Assembly: GCA_050012035.1 (NCBI GenBank) | Contig: JBEKHY010000019.1 | Span: 971 to 64,970, forward strand | Reading direction: 5' to 3' | Length of the DNA stretch: 64,000 nt | Source: Verrucomicrobiota bacterium | GTDB lineage: Bacteria; Verrucomicrobiota; Verrucomicrobiia; Limisphaerales; UBA11358 | Shown here: positions 28,491 through 36,385 of the stretch, piece after piece | Numbering within the stretch: position 1 is the stretch's first letter | Layout: each line of letters starts with the position of its first letter | Position numbers and translations under genes: made by a program | The notes under the pieces: generated by a model | What the model was told of the DNA's origin: nothing | What the model saw: the letters and a program-made list of their open reading frames with translations, nothing else | The model's database searches: none

Positions 28491-28796
28491 ATGGAACGAT
28501 ACGAAGGTCTGTTCATCCTGAACGCGGCAGGCAGGGAAGAAGGCGTCAAGGACGCCCTGGACAGGATTTCTGCCGAAATCACGGCCGCGGGCGGCAAGGT
28601 CGAAACCGTGCAGAAGATGGACAAGAAAAATTTCGCGCGCGTGGCGGACAAAAAGCACAGCGCCGGCTTTTACGCGAACATCATTTTCACCGGCGCCCCA
28701 ACGATCATCACGCCATTGCGGACGAAATTTGCGCTGAACGAGGAAATTCTCCGCGTTCTTTTCACGCAGGCGCCCGAACCCAAACCCGCAAAATAA
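28491..28796 (+). CDS. rpsF: 30S ribosomal protein S6
   Basis: MERYEGLFIL... length and context (upstream of ssb). Confidence 0.9.
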   Translation: MERYEGLFILNAAGREEGVKDALDRISAEITAAGGKVETVQKMDKKNFARVADKKHSAGFYANIIFTGAPTIITPLRTKFALNEEILRVLFTQAPEPKPAK

Positions 28797-28816
28797 ACCC
28801 TCAACCCGGAGACCTT

Positions 28817-29260
28817 ATGGCCAGCTTCAACAAAGTCATTCTTGCAGGAAATTTGACGCGTGACCCTGAACTGCGTTACACCCCCAAAGGCACGGCCGTC
28901 GCCCGCATCACGCTGGCCGTGAACCGCACCTACACCCTTGAGGGCGGCGAGAAAAAAGAAGAAGTGAGTTTTGTGGACGTGGACGTCTGGGGACGCCAGG
29001 CCGAGGTCATTTCGCAATACATGAAGAAAGGCCGCCCGCTGCTCGTCGAAGGCCGCCTCAAGCAGGACACCTGGGAAGACAAAAACACCAAACAAAAACA
29101 GAGCAAATTGAAGGTCGTGCTCGAAGGCTTTTCCTTCATTGACTCCAATCGCGGTGCTGAAGGCGCACCCGCCGCACCCCGTCCGGCCGCCGCGCCAGCC
29201 GCGCCGGCAGCCGCCGATGCTGACGCGCCTCCGCCCGAAGGCGACGATGTTCCGTTTTGA
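28817..29260 (+). CDS. ssb: Single-stranded DNA-binding protein
   Basis: NKVILAGNLTRDPELRYTPKG OB-fold N-terminus, an Ala/Pro-rich linker and an acidic DDVPF tip. Confidence 0.95.
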   Translation: MASFNKVILAGNLTRDPELRYTPKGTAVARITLAVNRTYTLEGGEKKEEVSFVDVDVWGRQAEVISQYMKKGRPLLVEGRLKQDTWEDKNTKQKQSKLKVVLEGFSFIDSNRGAEGAPAAPRPAAAPAAPAAADADAPPPEGDDVPF

Positions 29261-29361
29261 CGGAGACAATTGATTTTTCCACAAGCGGCAATTTCGTTCA
29301 CGCATTACGCATCACGCATCGCGATTCAACGATTTAACCAGTTAACGATTTAACGATTTTC

Positions 29362-30129
29362 ATGAAAACCGAAGTCATTCTCACCAGCAACATCGTCGGC
29401 CTCGGCGCTGAATCCGACCAGGTGAAGGTCGCCGCCGGTTATGCCCGCAACTATTTGTTCCCGCAACGGCTGGCCATTCCGCTCACGCGGGCCAACAAGC
29501 GCCAGATCGAAGCGCTCCAGAAACGCCGCGCCGAGCGCGAAGCGCATGAATTCAACACCATGACCGAGCTCGCCAAAGCCGTCTCGAAACTCATCTGCCT
29601 CGTCAAGGTGAAGGCGGGTGAGGACGGCAAGATGTTCGGTTCGGTGACCGCCGGCATGATTGCCGACGAGTTGAAACACCAGTTCGACATCTCGCTCGAC
29701 AAAAGGAAAATCCACCTCGAACACCCGCTTCGCGCGCTGGGCGAATACGAAATCGAATTGCACCTGCACACCGAAGTGAACGGCACACTCAAGGTCCGCG
29801 TCGAAAGCCTCACGCCGGTGACCGCGCCCGCGCCGGAAGCGGCGCCGGCCGCGCCCGCCGAAACGAAAACCGAGGAAGGCAGAAGGCCCCGGACGGAAAA
29901 ACGCGGTTTCGTAAGACGGGACGCCAGGGGCGAAAGATCTGGCAAGGCCGAGAAGATTGAAAAAGGCGAAGCTGCCGGAGAGAAGAAACCCCACACGCCG
30001 AAAGGCGAAAAACCGGCAAAGGTGGAAAAAGCTGACAAGCCAGACAAAGCTGACAAGGCCGCCAAAACCCCGAAGGCTCCCAAAACCGAAAAAGCCGAGA
30101 AGGTGGACAAGCCGGCAAAGGCTGAATAA
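29362..30129 (+). CDS. rplI: 50S ribosomal protein L9 with a ~105-aa K/E/A/P-rich C-terminal extension
   Basis: MKTEVILTSNIVGLGAESDQVKVAAGYARNYLFPQ. The tail is ..KADKPDKADKAAKTPKAPKTEKAEKVDKPAKAE. Confidence 0.9.
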   Translation: MKTEVILTSNIVGLGAESDQVKVAAGYARNYLFPQRLAIPLTRANKRQIEALQKRRAEREAHEFNTMTELAKAVSKLICLVKVKAGEDGKMFGSVTAGMIADELKHQFDISLDKRKIHLEHPLRALGEYEIELHLHTEVNGTLKVRVESLTPVTAPAPEAAPAAPAETKTEEGRRPRTEKRGFVRRDARGERSGKAEKIEKGEAAGEKKPHTPKGEKPAKVEKADKPDKADKAAKTPKAPKTEKAEKVDKPAKAE

Positions 30130-30151
30130 CCGCGCATTTTATTTTCTCACG

Positions 30152-30182
30152 AAGCTGCGGAAATGCTCCGCGGCTTTTTTGT
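30152..30182 (+). terminator. Rho-independent terminator after rplI
   Basis: AAGCTGCGG-aaatgct-CCGCGGCTT (one G-U pair) followed by TTTTTTG. Confidence 0.6.
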
Positions 30183-30300
30183 TTGCACACCCGATAAAAT
30201 TCTTTGACCTCGGAATGCGGCTCTGTTTTGCTTCACCTTTGCCGGCTTGAGTGTAAATCCGATAATGGCGCGACTCTGAATCCTCCCCCAAGGCATTCCC

Positions 30301-31746
30301 ATGTATTTCGGCACGGTCATTTTTTGTCTGGCGGCGGTGGTGGCGATTTATTTTTCCAATAACCCCATGAAGCATGGCCGCTGGTTCATGGTGCGCCGCT
30401 TCATCAACTGGCTGCCTCTCGGCATGACCTACGCCTTTTTGTGCATGGGCCGCTACAACCTCATCGTCGCCAAAAGCGCCCTCGGCACGCTCATGTCCAA
30501 GGAAGACCTCGGCCTCATCTTCGCCGCCGGCACGTGGACCTACGCGTTGTCGTTTCTCATCAACGGCCCGCTGATTGACAAAATACTCGGCGGGAAACGC
30601 GGCATCATCATCGCCGCCCTCGGCGCATCGCTGGCCAACATTACGCTCGGCATCCTGACCTGGCTCATCCTCGTCCGGCATTGGCAGGTGAATCTCGTCA
30701 TCGCCTTTTCCGTGCTCTACTCGGTGAATATGTATTTCCAGAGCTACGGCGCGGTTTCCATCATCAAGGTCAAGGCGTATTGGTTTCACGTGCGCGAACG
30801 CGGCGTGTTCGGCGCGATTTTCGGGACGCTCATTTCGTTCGGCGTCTATTTCGCATTCGACTGGGGAAGCGCCATCGTGAAAATGACAAGCGCGGATGCG
30901 CCGGGCAACTGGCTGCAAAAAATCTTCGCGCCCGCCGGCCAGGCCAGGGACGCAACGTGGGCCGTGTTTTTCATCCCGGCGGCAATTCTAATCGTCTGGG
31001 CGTTGCTCGATTGGTGGCTCATCAGGGACACGCCGGAAGAAGCCGGCTTGCAGGCTTTTGACACGCACGACGCTTCGTCCGGGCAGATGCATGTGGAATT
31101 TTCCGTTCTCGACCTGCTGAAAAAGATTTTTGCCAGCCCGCTGATGCTGTTCATTGCGTGCGTGGAACTGACCTCCGGCGTCTTCCGCTACACCATGACG
31201 CAATGGTATCCTGTCTTCGCGAATGAAATGAAACAACCGGGCACGGAGTTTTTCGCGCAGCATTGGGGCTGGCTGATCTGCATTTTTGGCATCATCGGCG
31301 GTTTTGCCGGCGGGTTGATTTCCGACAAATCCTTTCAATCGCGGCGCGGTCCGCCGGCGGCGTTCCTGTGCGGCTTTGTCCTGGTCATGGCCGTCATCAT
31401 GGCCGCGTTCCTGTTCACTCAACCCCGGCTTGTTGGTTGGGCCGCCGTTTTCATCGTCATGGCCTCCATCGGCATCACGTCCTTGATGTCGGGCACGGCG
31501 GCGACCGATTTCGGCGGGCGCAAGGCGACGGCGACCTGTGCGGGCGTGGTGGACGGGTTCGCCTATCTGGGCAGCGGGCTGCAATCCTTCTGCCTCGGTT
31601 ACATCACGTCATGGAACTGGCATTACTGGCCGGTTTTTTTGATCCCCTTCGCCGTGGCTGGCGGAGGCATTGCCCTGCGGATTTGGAACGAACTGCCCGC
31701 CGCCACCCGCAAATACATTGCCGAGGTGGAGCAAAAAACGGTCTGA
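30301..31746 (+). CDS. MFS transporter (sugar-phosphate/OPA-like)
   Basis: ~12 predicted hydrophobic helices and an MFS-type loop between TM2 and TM3. Substrate unknown. Confidence 0.75.
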   Translation: MYFGTVIFCLAAVVAIYFSNNPMKHGRWFMVRRFINWLPLGMTYAFLCMGRYNLIVAKSALGTLMSKEDLGLIFAAGTWTYALSFLINGPLIDKILGGKRGIIIAALGASLANITLGILTWLILVRHWQVNLVIAFSVLYSVNMYFQSYGAVSIIKVKAYWFHVRERGVFGAIFGTLISFGVYFAFDWGSAIVKMTSADAPGNWLQKIFAPAGQARDATWAVFFIPAAILIVWALLDWWLIRDTPEEAGLQAFDTHDASSGQMHVEFSVLDLLKKIFASPLMLFIACVELTSGVFRYTMTQWYPVFANEMKQPGTEFFAQHWGWLICIFGIIGGFAGGLISDKSFQSRRGPPAAFLCGFVLVMAVIMAAFLFTQPRLVGWAAVFIVMASIGITSLMSGTAATDFGGRKATATCAGVVDGFAYLGSGLQSFCLGYITSWNWHYWPVFLIPFAVAGGGIALRIWNELPAATRKYIAEVEQKTV

Positions 31747-31765
31747 AATTCGCTGAAAACGGGGC

Positions 31766-31793
31766 TTGACCCGGCCGATAATTCGGTTAGATT
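31766..31793 (+). promoter_or_regulatory. Candidate promoter TTGACC-N16-TAGATT for the ilvB leader
   Basis: The -10 hexamer ends only 9 nt before the leader ATG, which implies a near-leaderless transcript. Confidence 0.35.
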
Positions 31794-31802
31794 GAACGCG
31801 CA

Positions 31803-31886
31803 ATGTTAAACAACATCGGACAAGCAGTCATTCTGGCAGTCGTCGTCGTTGTCGTCAGCGACGCCGTTGGCGCTTGTCGTGGTTAA
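31803..31886 (+). CDS. ilvB leader peptide (27 aa, Val/Ile/Leu-rich)
   Basis: Manual translation gives MLNNIGQAVILAVVVVVVSDAVGACRG*, with six consecutive Val codons, directly upstream of a terminator hairpin and ilvB. Confidence 0.6.
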   Translation: MLNNIGQAVILAVVVVVVSDAVGACRG

Positions 31887-31902
31887 GTAAAATTTCGACA
31901 AG

Positions 31903-31938
31903 AACCCACGGCTGGCAACGGTCGTGGGTTTTTTGTTT
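31903..31938 (+). terminator. Attenuator (intrinsic terminator) between the leader peptide and ilvB
   Basis: ACCCACG (31904-31910), 12-nt loop, CGTGGGT (31923-31929), then TTTTTGTTT. Upstream CGTGG (31878-31882) and CCGTTG (31864-31869) can pair alternatively with CCACG and CAACGG. Confidence 0.7.
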
Positions 31939-31972
31939 AATCCGCGATTGCCGGCCACAACCGAAAGTACAC

Positions 31973-33862
31973 ATGAGCAAAACAACTGAAACCAGCGAAA
32001 CCAAACGGAAAAGCCCCACCCCGCGCGCCGAGGTCGGCCCGGCCATGGCCGGATGCGACATTCTCGTCCAAGCCCTCGAACGTGAAGGGGTCGAGGTCAT
32101 TTTTGCCTATCCCGGCGGCGCGAGCATGGAAATCCACCAGTCGCTCACGAAATCCAAAATCCGCACCATTTTGCCGCGCCACGAACAGGGCGGCAGTTTT
32201 GCGGCGGAAGGTTACGCCCGTTCGACCGGCAGGGTTGGCGTGTGCATGAGCACCAGCGGCCCCGGCGCGACCAATCTCGTCACCCCCATTGCCGACGCCT
32301 ACCTGGACTCCTGCCCGCTCGTGGCCATCACCGGGCAGGTCACGACCGGCATGATCGGCCGCGGCGCGTTTCAGGAAACCGACATCATCGGCGTGACGCT
32401 GCCCATCGTGAAACATTCCTACCTCGTCACGGACGTGAACGACATTCCGCGCATTGTGAAGGAGGCGTTTTACATCGCCCAGACCGGTCGCCCGGGTCCG
32501 GTGGTGATTGACGTGCCCAAAAACATCCAGCAAGCCAGGACCCAGCCGGTGTGGCCGACGCTGGAACAGATCAAAAAGGGCCTGCCCGGTTACACCCAGC
32601 CGGACCTCCGCGCCGATGAAGTGGCGCTGAACGAAATCATGGGCCTGATTGAAAAGGCCGAACGCCCGGTGATTTATTGCGGCGGCGGCATCATTACCAG
32701 TGGTGCATCGGAGGAACTCAAAAAGTTTGCCGAAGCCACAAACATTCCCGTGACAACCACGCTCATGGGCATCGGCGGTTTTCCGGAGACGCATCCGCTT
32801 TCGTTGCGCTGGCTGGGCATGCACGGCGCGGCCTTTGCCAACTGGGCCGTCAACGGCGAATACAAACAGCGCGCCAGTTTCAATGACCCGATGGTGAAGC
32901 TCAAGGACGGCGCGGATTTATTGCTCGCCTTCGGCGTGCGATTCGACGATCGCGTGACCGGCAAGTTTGAGGAATTCTGCAAGCACGGCACGATTGTGCA
33001 CCTGGATATTGACGCGTCCGAGTTGAACAAAAACCGGAAGGCGCACCTGCCGGTGGTCGGCGACATCAAGGACGCCCTCACGCGGCTCAACGCGATGCTC
33101 GACAGGCGGCCGCTGAACAAAAAGCACACCGCGTGGCTCGAACAAATCGCCGCATGGAAAAAGAAGGCGCCGTTCGCCTACGCCATCACGGGTGAGATTG
33201 CCACCAGCGATCACATGAAAGACCATCTCAAGGGCAAGGAAAACCAGATCATCCTGCAACAGATGGTGGTCGAGGCGCTTTACGAATTGACGAAGGGCGA
33301 TGCCATCATCACCACCGGCGTGGGCCAGCACCAGATGTGGGCGGGGCAATGGTTCAAATATGAACACCCGCGCCAGTTCATCACCAGCGGCGGGCTGGGC
33401 TCGATGGGCTTCGGCTTTCCGGCGGCCCTCGGCATCAAGATCGCGCATCCGGACAAGGAAGTAATTGACATAGACGGCGACGGTTCGTTTCTGATGAACA
33501 TTCAGGAACTGGCGACGGCGCACGTCGAAAAAATCGCCGCCAAAGCCATCATCCTGAACAACCAGCACCTTGGCATGGTGGTGCAATGGGAGGACAACTT
33601 CTACCAAGGCAACCGCGGCCACACCTATCTCGGCAATCCTGACAGTCGTGCGCAGATTTATCCCGACTTCGTGCGCGTCTGCAATTCGTTCAACGTGAAA
33701 TGCGAGCGCGTGATGTATAAAAAGGATTTGCGCGCCGCCATTCAGCGGATGCTCGACGCGAAGGAACCGTACGTGCTCGATGTGATTGTGCCTTACAGCG
33801 AACACGTGCTGCCGTTCATTCCGGCAGGCCGCACCGTGGCCGACATGATCTGGAAGGTGTAA
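31973..33862 (+). CDS. ilvB: Acetolactate synthase, large (catalytic) subunit
   Basis: GCDILVQALEREGVEVIFAYPGGASMEIHQSL..., GLGSMGFGFPAALG and GDGSFLMNIQEL ThDP motifs. The start was set at MSKTTE (31973). Confidence 0.95.
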   Translation: MSKTTETSETKRKSPTPRAEVGPAMAGCDILVQALEREGVEVIFAYPGGASMEIHQSLTKSKIRTILPRHEQGGSFAAEGYARSTGRVGVCMSTSGPGATNLVTPIADAYLDSCPLVAITGQVTTGMIGRGAFQETDIIGVTLPIVKHSYLVTDVNDIPRIVKEAFYIAQTGRPGPVVIDVPKNIQQARTQPVWPTLEQIKKGLPGYTQPDLRADEVALNEIMGLIEKAERPVIYCGGGIITSGASEELKKFAEATNIPVTTTLMGIGGFPETHPLSLRWLGMHGAAFANWAVNGEYKQRASFNDPMVKLKDGADLLLAFGVRFDDRVTGKFEEFCKHGTIVHLDIDASELNKNRKAHLPVVGDIKDALTRLNAMLDRRPLNKKHTAWLEQIAAWKKKAPFAYAITGEIATSDHMKDHLKGKENQIILQQMVVEALYELTKGDAIITTGVGQHQMWAGQWFKYEHPRQFITSGGLGSMGFGFPAALGIKIAHPDKEVIDIDGDGSFLMNIQELATAHVEKIAAKAIILNNQHLGMVVQWEDNFYQGNRGHTYLGNPDSRAQIYPDFVRVCNSFNVKCERVMYKKDLRAAIQRMLDAKEPYVLDVIVPYSEHVLPFIPAGRTVADMIWKV

Positions 33863-33947
33863 TGGATGGCCAGGTAACCGCATCTTTCAAGTCGCGTTTC
33901 CACGCGCAAACTGAAGTTTGCGGCTGCATTTTGGATTCTGTCATATC

Positions 33948-33976
33948 AGGCCGGGTGAAAATTTTTCGCCCGGCCT
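33948..33976 (+). terminator. Candidate terminator after ilvB
   Basis: AGGCCGGG-tgaaaatttttcg-CCCGGCCT followed by TTCGGCTTT. Confidence 0.45.
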
Positions 33977-34095
33977 TTCGGCTTTGAACTCCCAATATTC
34001 AACCTTCAACCGGCGTTAAACCACAAATGAACGCGAATTTCACGAACTCCGCGCCTCAATTTAGGCATTAAAACTGCAGCAGAGGGAGGGCTGAT

Positions 34096-35040
34096 ATGGC
34101 ATGTCGGAGACGAGATAACGATTTGGCGGGACCAATGACCCAATTGGCCGGGCTTGGCGTGTTGGCTTTAATGTCTATTCCGGACAGTCGCCAGATGCTC
34201 CTCTCAATCGAGACTATCGCCCTGGCACTTGTTGGCATTGTCGCCTTCGGCTTCATTCTCTTCGGCATCTGGCGGCTGGCGACCCCGGAGCGGAATATGC
34301 ATATTTTCACCAGAAACGTGCTGGCGCCGCCACTCCGTGTTCCGGAACAAAAACACGATGATGACGTATCGGAACCCGAACCACCATCCGAACCACTGTC
34401 CACAACCGAACTCATCGAACAACTGCATTCGATGGACTGGTTCCAGTTTGAAAAGCTGGTCGGGCACGTTTACCAGAAAATTGGATATACCGTCACCCGT
34501 CGAGGCGGCGCGAACCCGGACGGCGGGATTGATTTGGTCATCCAGAAGGACGGGCAGGGCGCCGCCGTTCAATGCAAGCAGTGGAAGGCGTGGCGGGTCG
34601 GCATAAAGCAGGTCCGCGAATTCCTGGGGGCGCTGACGGATGCGAACATTCAGCAGGGCAAGTTTTTCACCCTGCGCGGTTACACCAATCAGGCCATGCA
34701 GTTCGCCAGAAAAAATGGCATTGAGATTGTGAACGAGGTTGGACTGGCCCAGATGCTGGAATCCACGGATGCACGATTTGACCCGGCAGTGTTTGAATTG
34801 TTGCGTGACACGCGAAAATTCTGTCCGAAATGCGAACGCGAACTGGTCATTCGGGTTGCCGAGAGGGGCCCCAATCCCGGCAGCAGATTTTGGGGATGCT
34901 CAGGCTATCCGAGCTGTCATTTCACAATGCCGCTTGCCGAAACCACCCCAACGCCTGCCGAATCCGCCGCCCAAGCCGCACTTCATCCTCTCCGCCTCGA
35001 CCGGGGAGAAGAAAAAGGTGAGGTGTCGCTCGTTTCCTAG
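34096..35040 (+). CDS. Membrane-anchored Mrr-like restriction endonuclease domain protein with a C-terminal topoisomerase-type C4 zinc finger
   Basis: Two N-terminal hydrophobic helices. WFQFEKLVGHVY...DGGIDLVI...AVQCKQW (Mrr_cat D...QxK core). CPKC...WGCSGYPSC zinc ribbon. The start is uncertain. Confidence 0.8.
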   Translation: MACRRRDNDLAGPMTQLAGLGVLALMSIPDSRQMLLSIETIALALVGIVAFGFILFGIWRLATPERNMHIFTRNVLAPPLRVPEQKHDDDVSEPEPPSEPLSTTELIEQLHSMDWFQFEKLVGHVYQKIGYTVTRRGGANPDGGIDLVIQKDGQGAAVQCKQWKAWRVGIKQVREFLGALTDANIQQGKFFTLRGYTNQAMQFARKNGIEIVNEVGLAQMLESTDARFDPAVFELLRDTRKFCPKCERELVIRVAERGPNPGSRFWGCSGYPSCHFTMPLAETTPTPAESAAQAALHPLRLDRGEEKGEVSLVS

Positions 35041-35264
35041 CGGAAATTGCGAAGTAGTTGAACAGTTGAAGGTTGAGCGTTGATGATTGATCCATCTTCG
35101 CCAAGGCTACGACGGAACAAGGATTTGAGTTTGTTGCGTTGTTCGTGCCTTCTGTGGCGCACACGGAGTGACGCGCCGTGACTTTAACAAATTTTCCATG
35201 CGCGCTGACAAATGCCGCGCGTCGTGCTAAACCGTTTCCCGACGACCGAGCAGCGAGAGGTTCC

Positions 35265-36245
35265 ATGCCAGCGAATCTGACACCGGAATACGAGAAGGCC
35301 GAGCAGCGTTACCGGGAGGCGACCGATGACGAGGAACGAATGGCCGCCCTGCAGGCGATGCTCAGCACCGTCCCCAAGCACAAGGGCACCGAAAAGTTGC
35401 AGGCGGACATCAAACGCCGTCTCAGCCAGCTCCGCCGGGAACAACAGCGGTCCGCGCACACCAAGGGGCCGGACCCGTTCCACATCCCCCGCAGCGGCAC
35501 CGGTCAGGTGGTGCTCATCGGGCCGCCGAACACGGGCAAGAGCAGTCTGCTCGCCGCCGCCACCAACGCCGAAGCCCGGGTGGCCGATTATCCCTTCACC
35601 ACCGTCGTGCCGCAGCCGGGCATGTGGGCGATGGACGACGCGCAAATCGAACTGGTGGACACGCCGCCGTTCACCGCCGAACACGTCCCCGCCGGGTTGA
35701 TGGGCACCATCCACAACGCAGACGTGTTGTGCGTGGTGGCGGAGGCCGGCGACGCCGCGCTCGACCAGGTGGAGATGGTGCTGGGCGTGCTGGCGGCGCG
35801 CGGATTGACCCTCCGGTCAGCGCCGCGAAATGAATTGTCTGCGGCAGGCGCCGGTTTCCGGCCGGGATTGATTGTGGCAAACAAGGCGGAACTGGCGGCG
35901 GCGGGAACCCTCGAGGCCCTCCGGGAATTGTATGGGGGAAATCTGGATACGTTCGCCGTCAGCGCCAAGACGGGCAAGGGGCTGGATGATCTGTTCCGGC
36001 GGCTTTGGGCATTGCTGGCGATGATCCGGGTGTATCCGAAAGAGCCGGGCAAACCGGCGGACCGGCACAAGCCGTTCCTGCTGCCAGCCGGCGCGACCAT
36101 CGCCGACCTGGCGCGGCTGATTCATCGCGATCTGCCCGAGACGATGAAGTTCGCGCGGCTGTGGGGGCACGGGCGGTTCGAGGGCCAGCCGGTGCACCGG
36201 ACCGAGGGGTTGCGCGACGGGGACGTGGTGGAAATCCACGAATAA
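35265..36245 (+). CDS. DRG-family (developmentally regulated GTP-binding protein-like) GTPase with a C-terminal TGS domain
   Basis: N-terminal KHKGTEKLQADIKRRLSQLRRE helix, GPPNTGKSSLL P-loop, YPFTT, DTPP, NKAE, and the C-terminal IRVYPKEPGKP...DGDVVEI TGS fold. Confidence 0.85.
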   Translation: MPANLTPEYEKAEQRYREATDDEERMAALQAMLSTVPKHKGTEKLQADIKRRLSQLRREQQRSAHTKGPDPFHIPRSGTGQVVLIGPPNTGKSSLLAAATNAEARVADYPFTTVVPQPGMWAMDDAQIELVDTPPFTAEHVPAGLMGTIHNADVLCVVAEAGDAALDQVEMVLGVLAARGLTLRSAPRNELSAAGAGFRPGLIVANKAELAAAGTLEALRELYGGNLDTFAVSAKTGKGLDDLFRRLWALLAMIRVYPKEPGKPADRHKPFLLPAGATIADLARLIHRDLPETMKFARLWGHGRFEGQPVHRTEGLRDGDVVEIHE

Positions 36246-36385
36246 ACGGAAGTCACGCCCTCCGAAATTTGCACAATTCGCGTCAAAACGTTTCTTTGCG
36301 GTGCCGGGTTTCAGCCGAAGAACCCGCGGCCGGGGTGAATAAGTTCCAGTTGAAGTATTGTTAAAGACGGCTACTGTATCCGGAA

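Noticed and set aside
31874-31972. N-terminal extension of the ilvB ORF
   Set aside because: It would run through the terminator hairpin. The MSKTTE.. start at 31973 aligns with the canonical ALS N-terminus.
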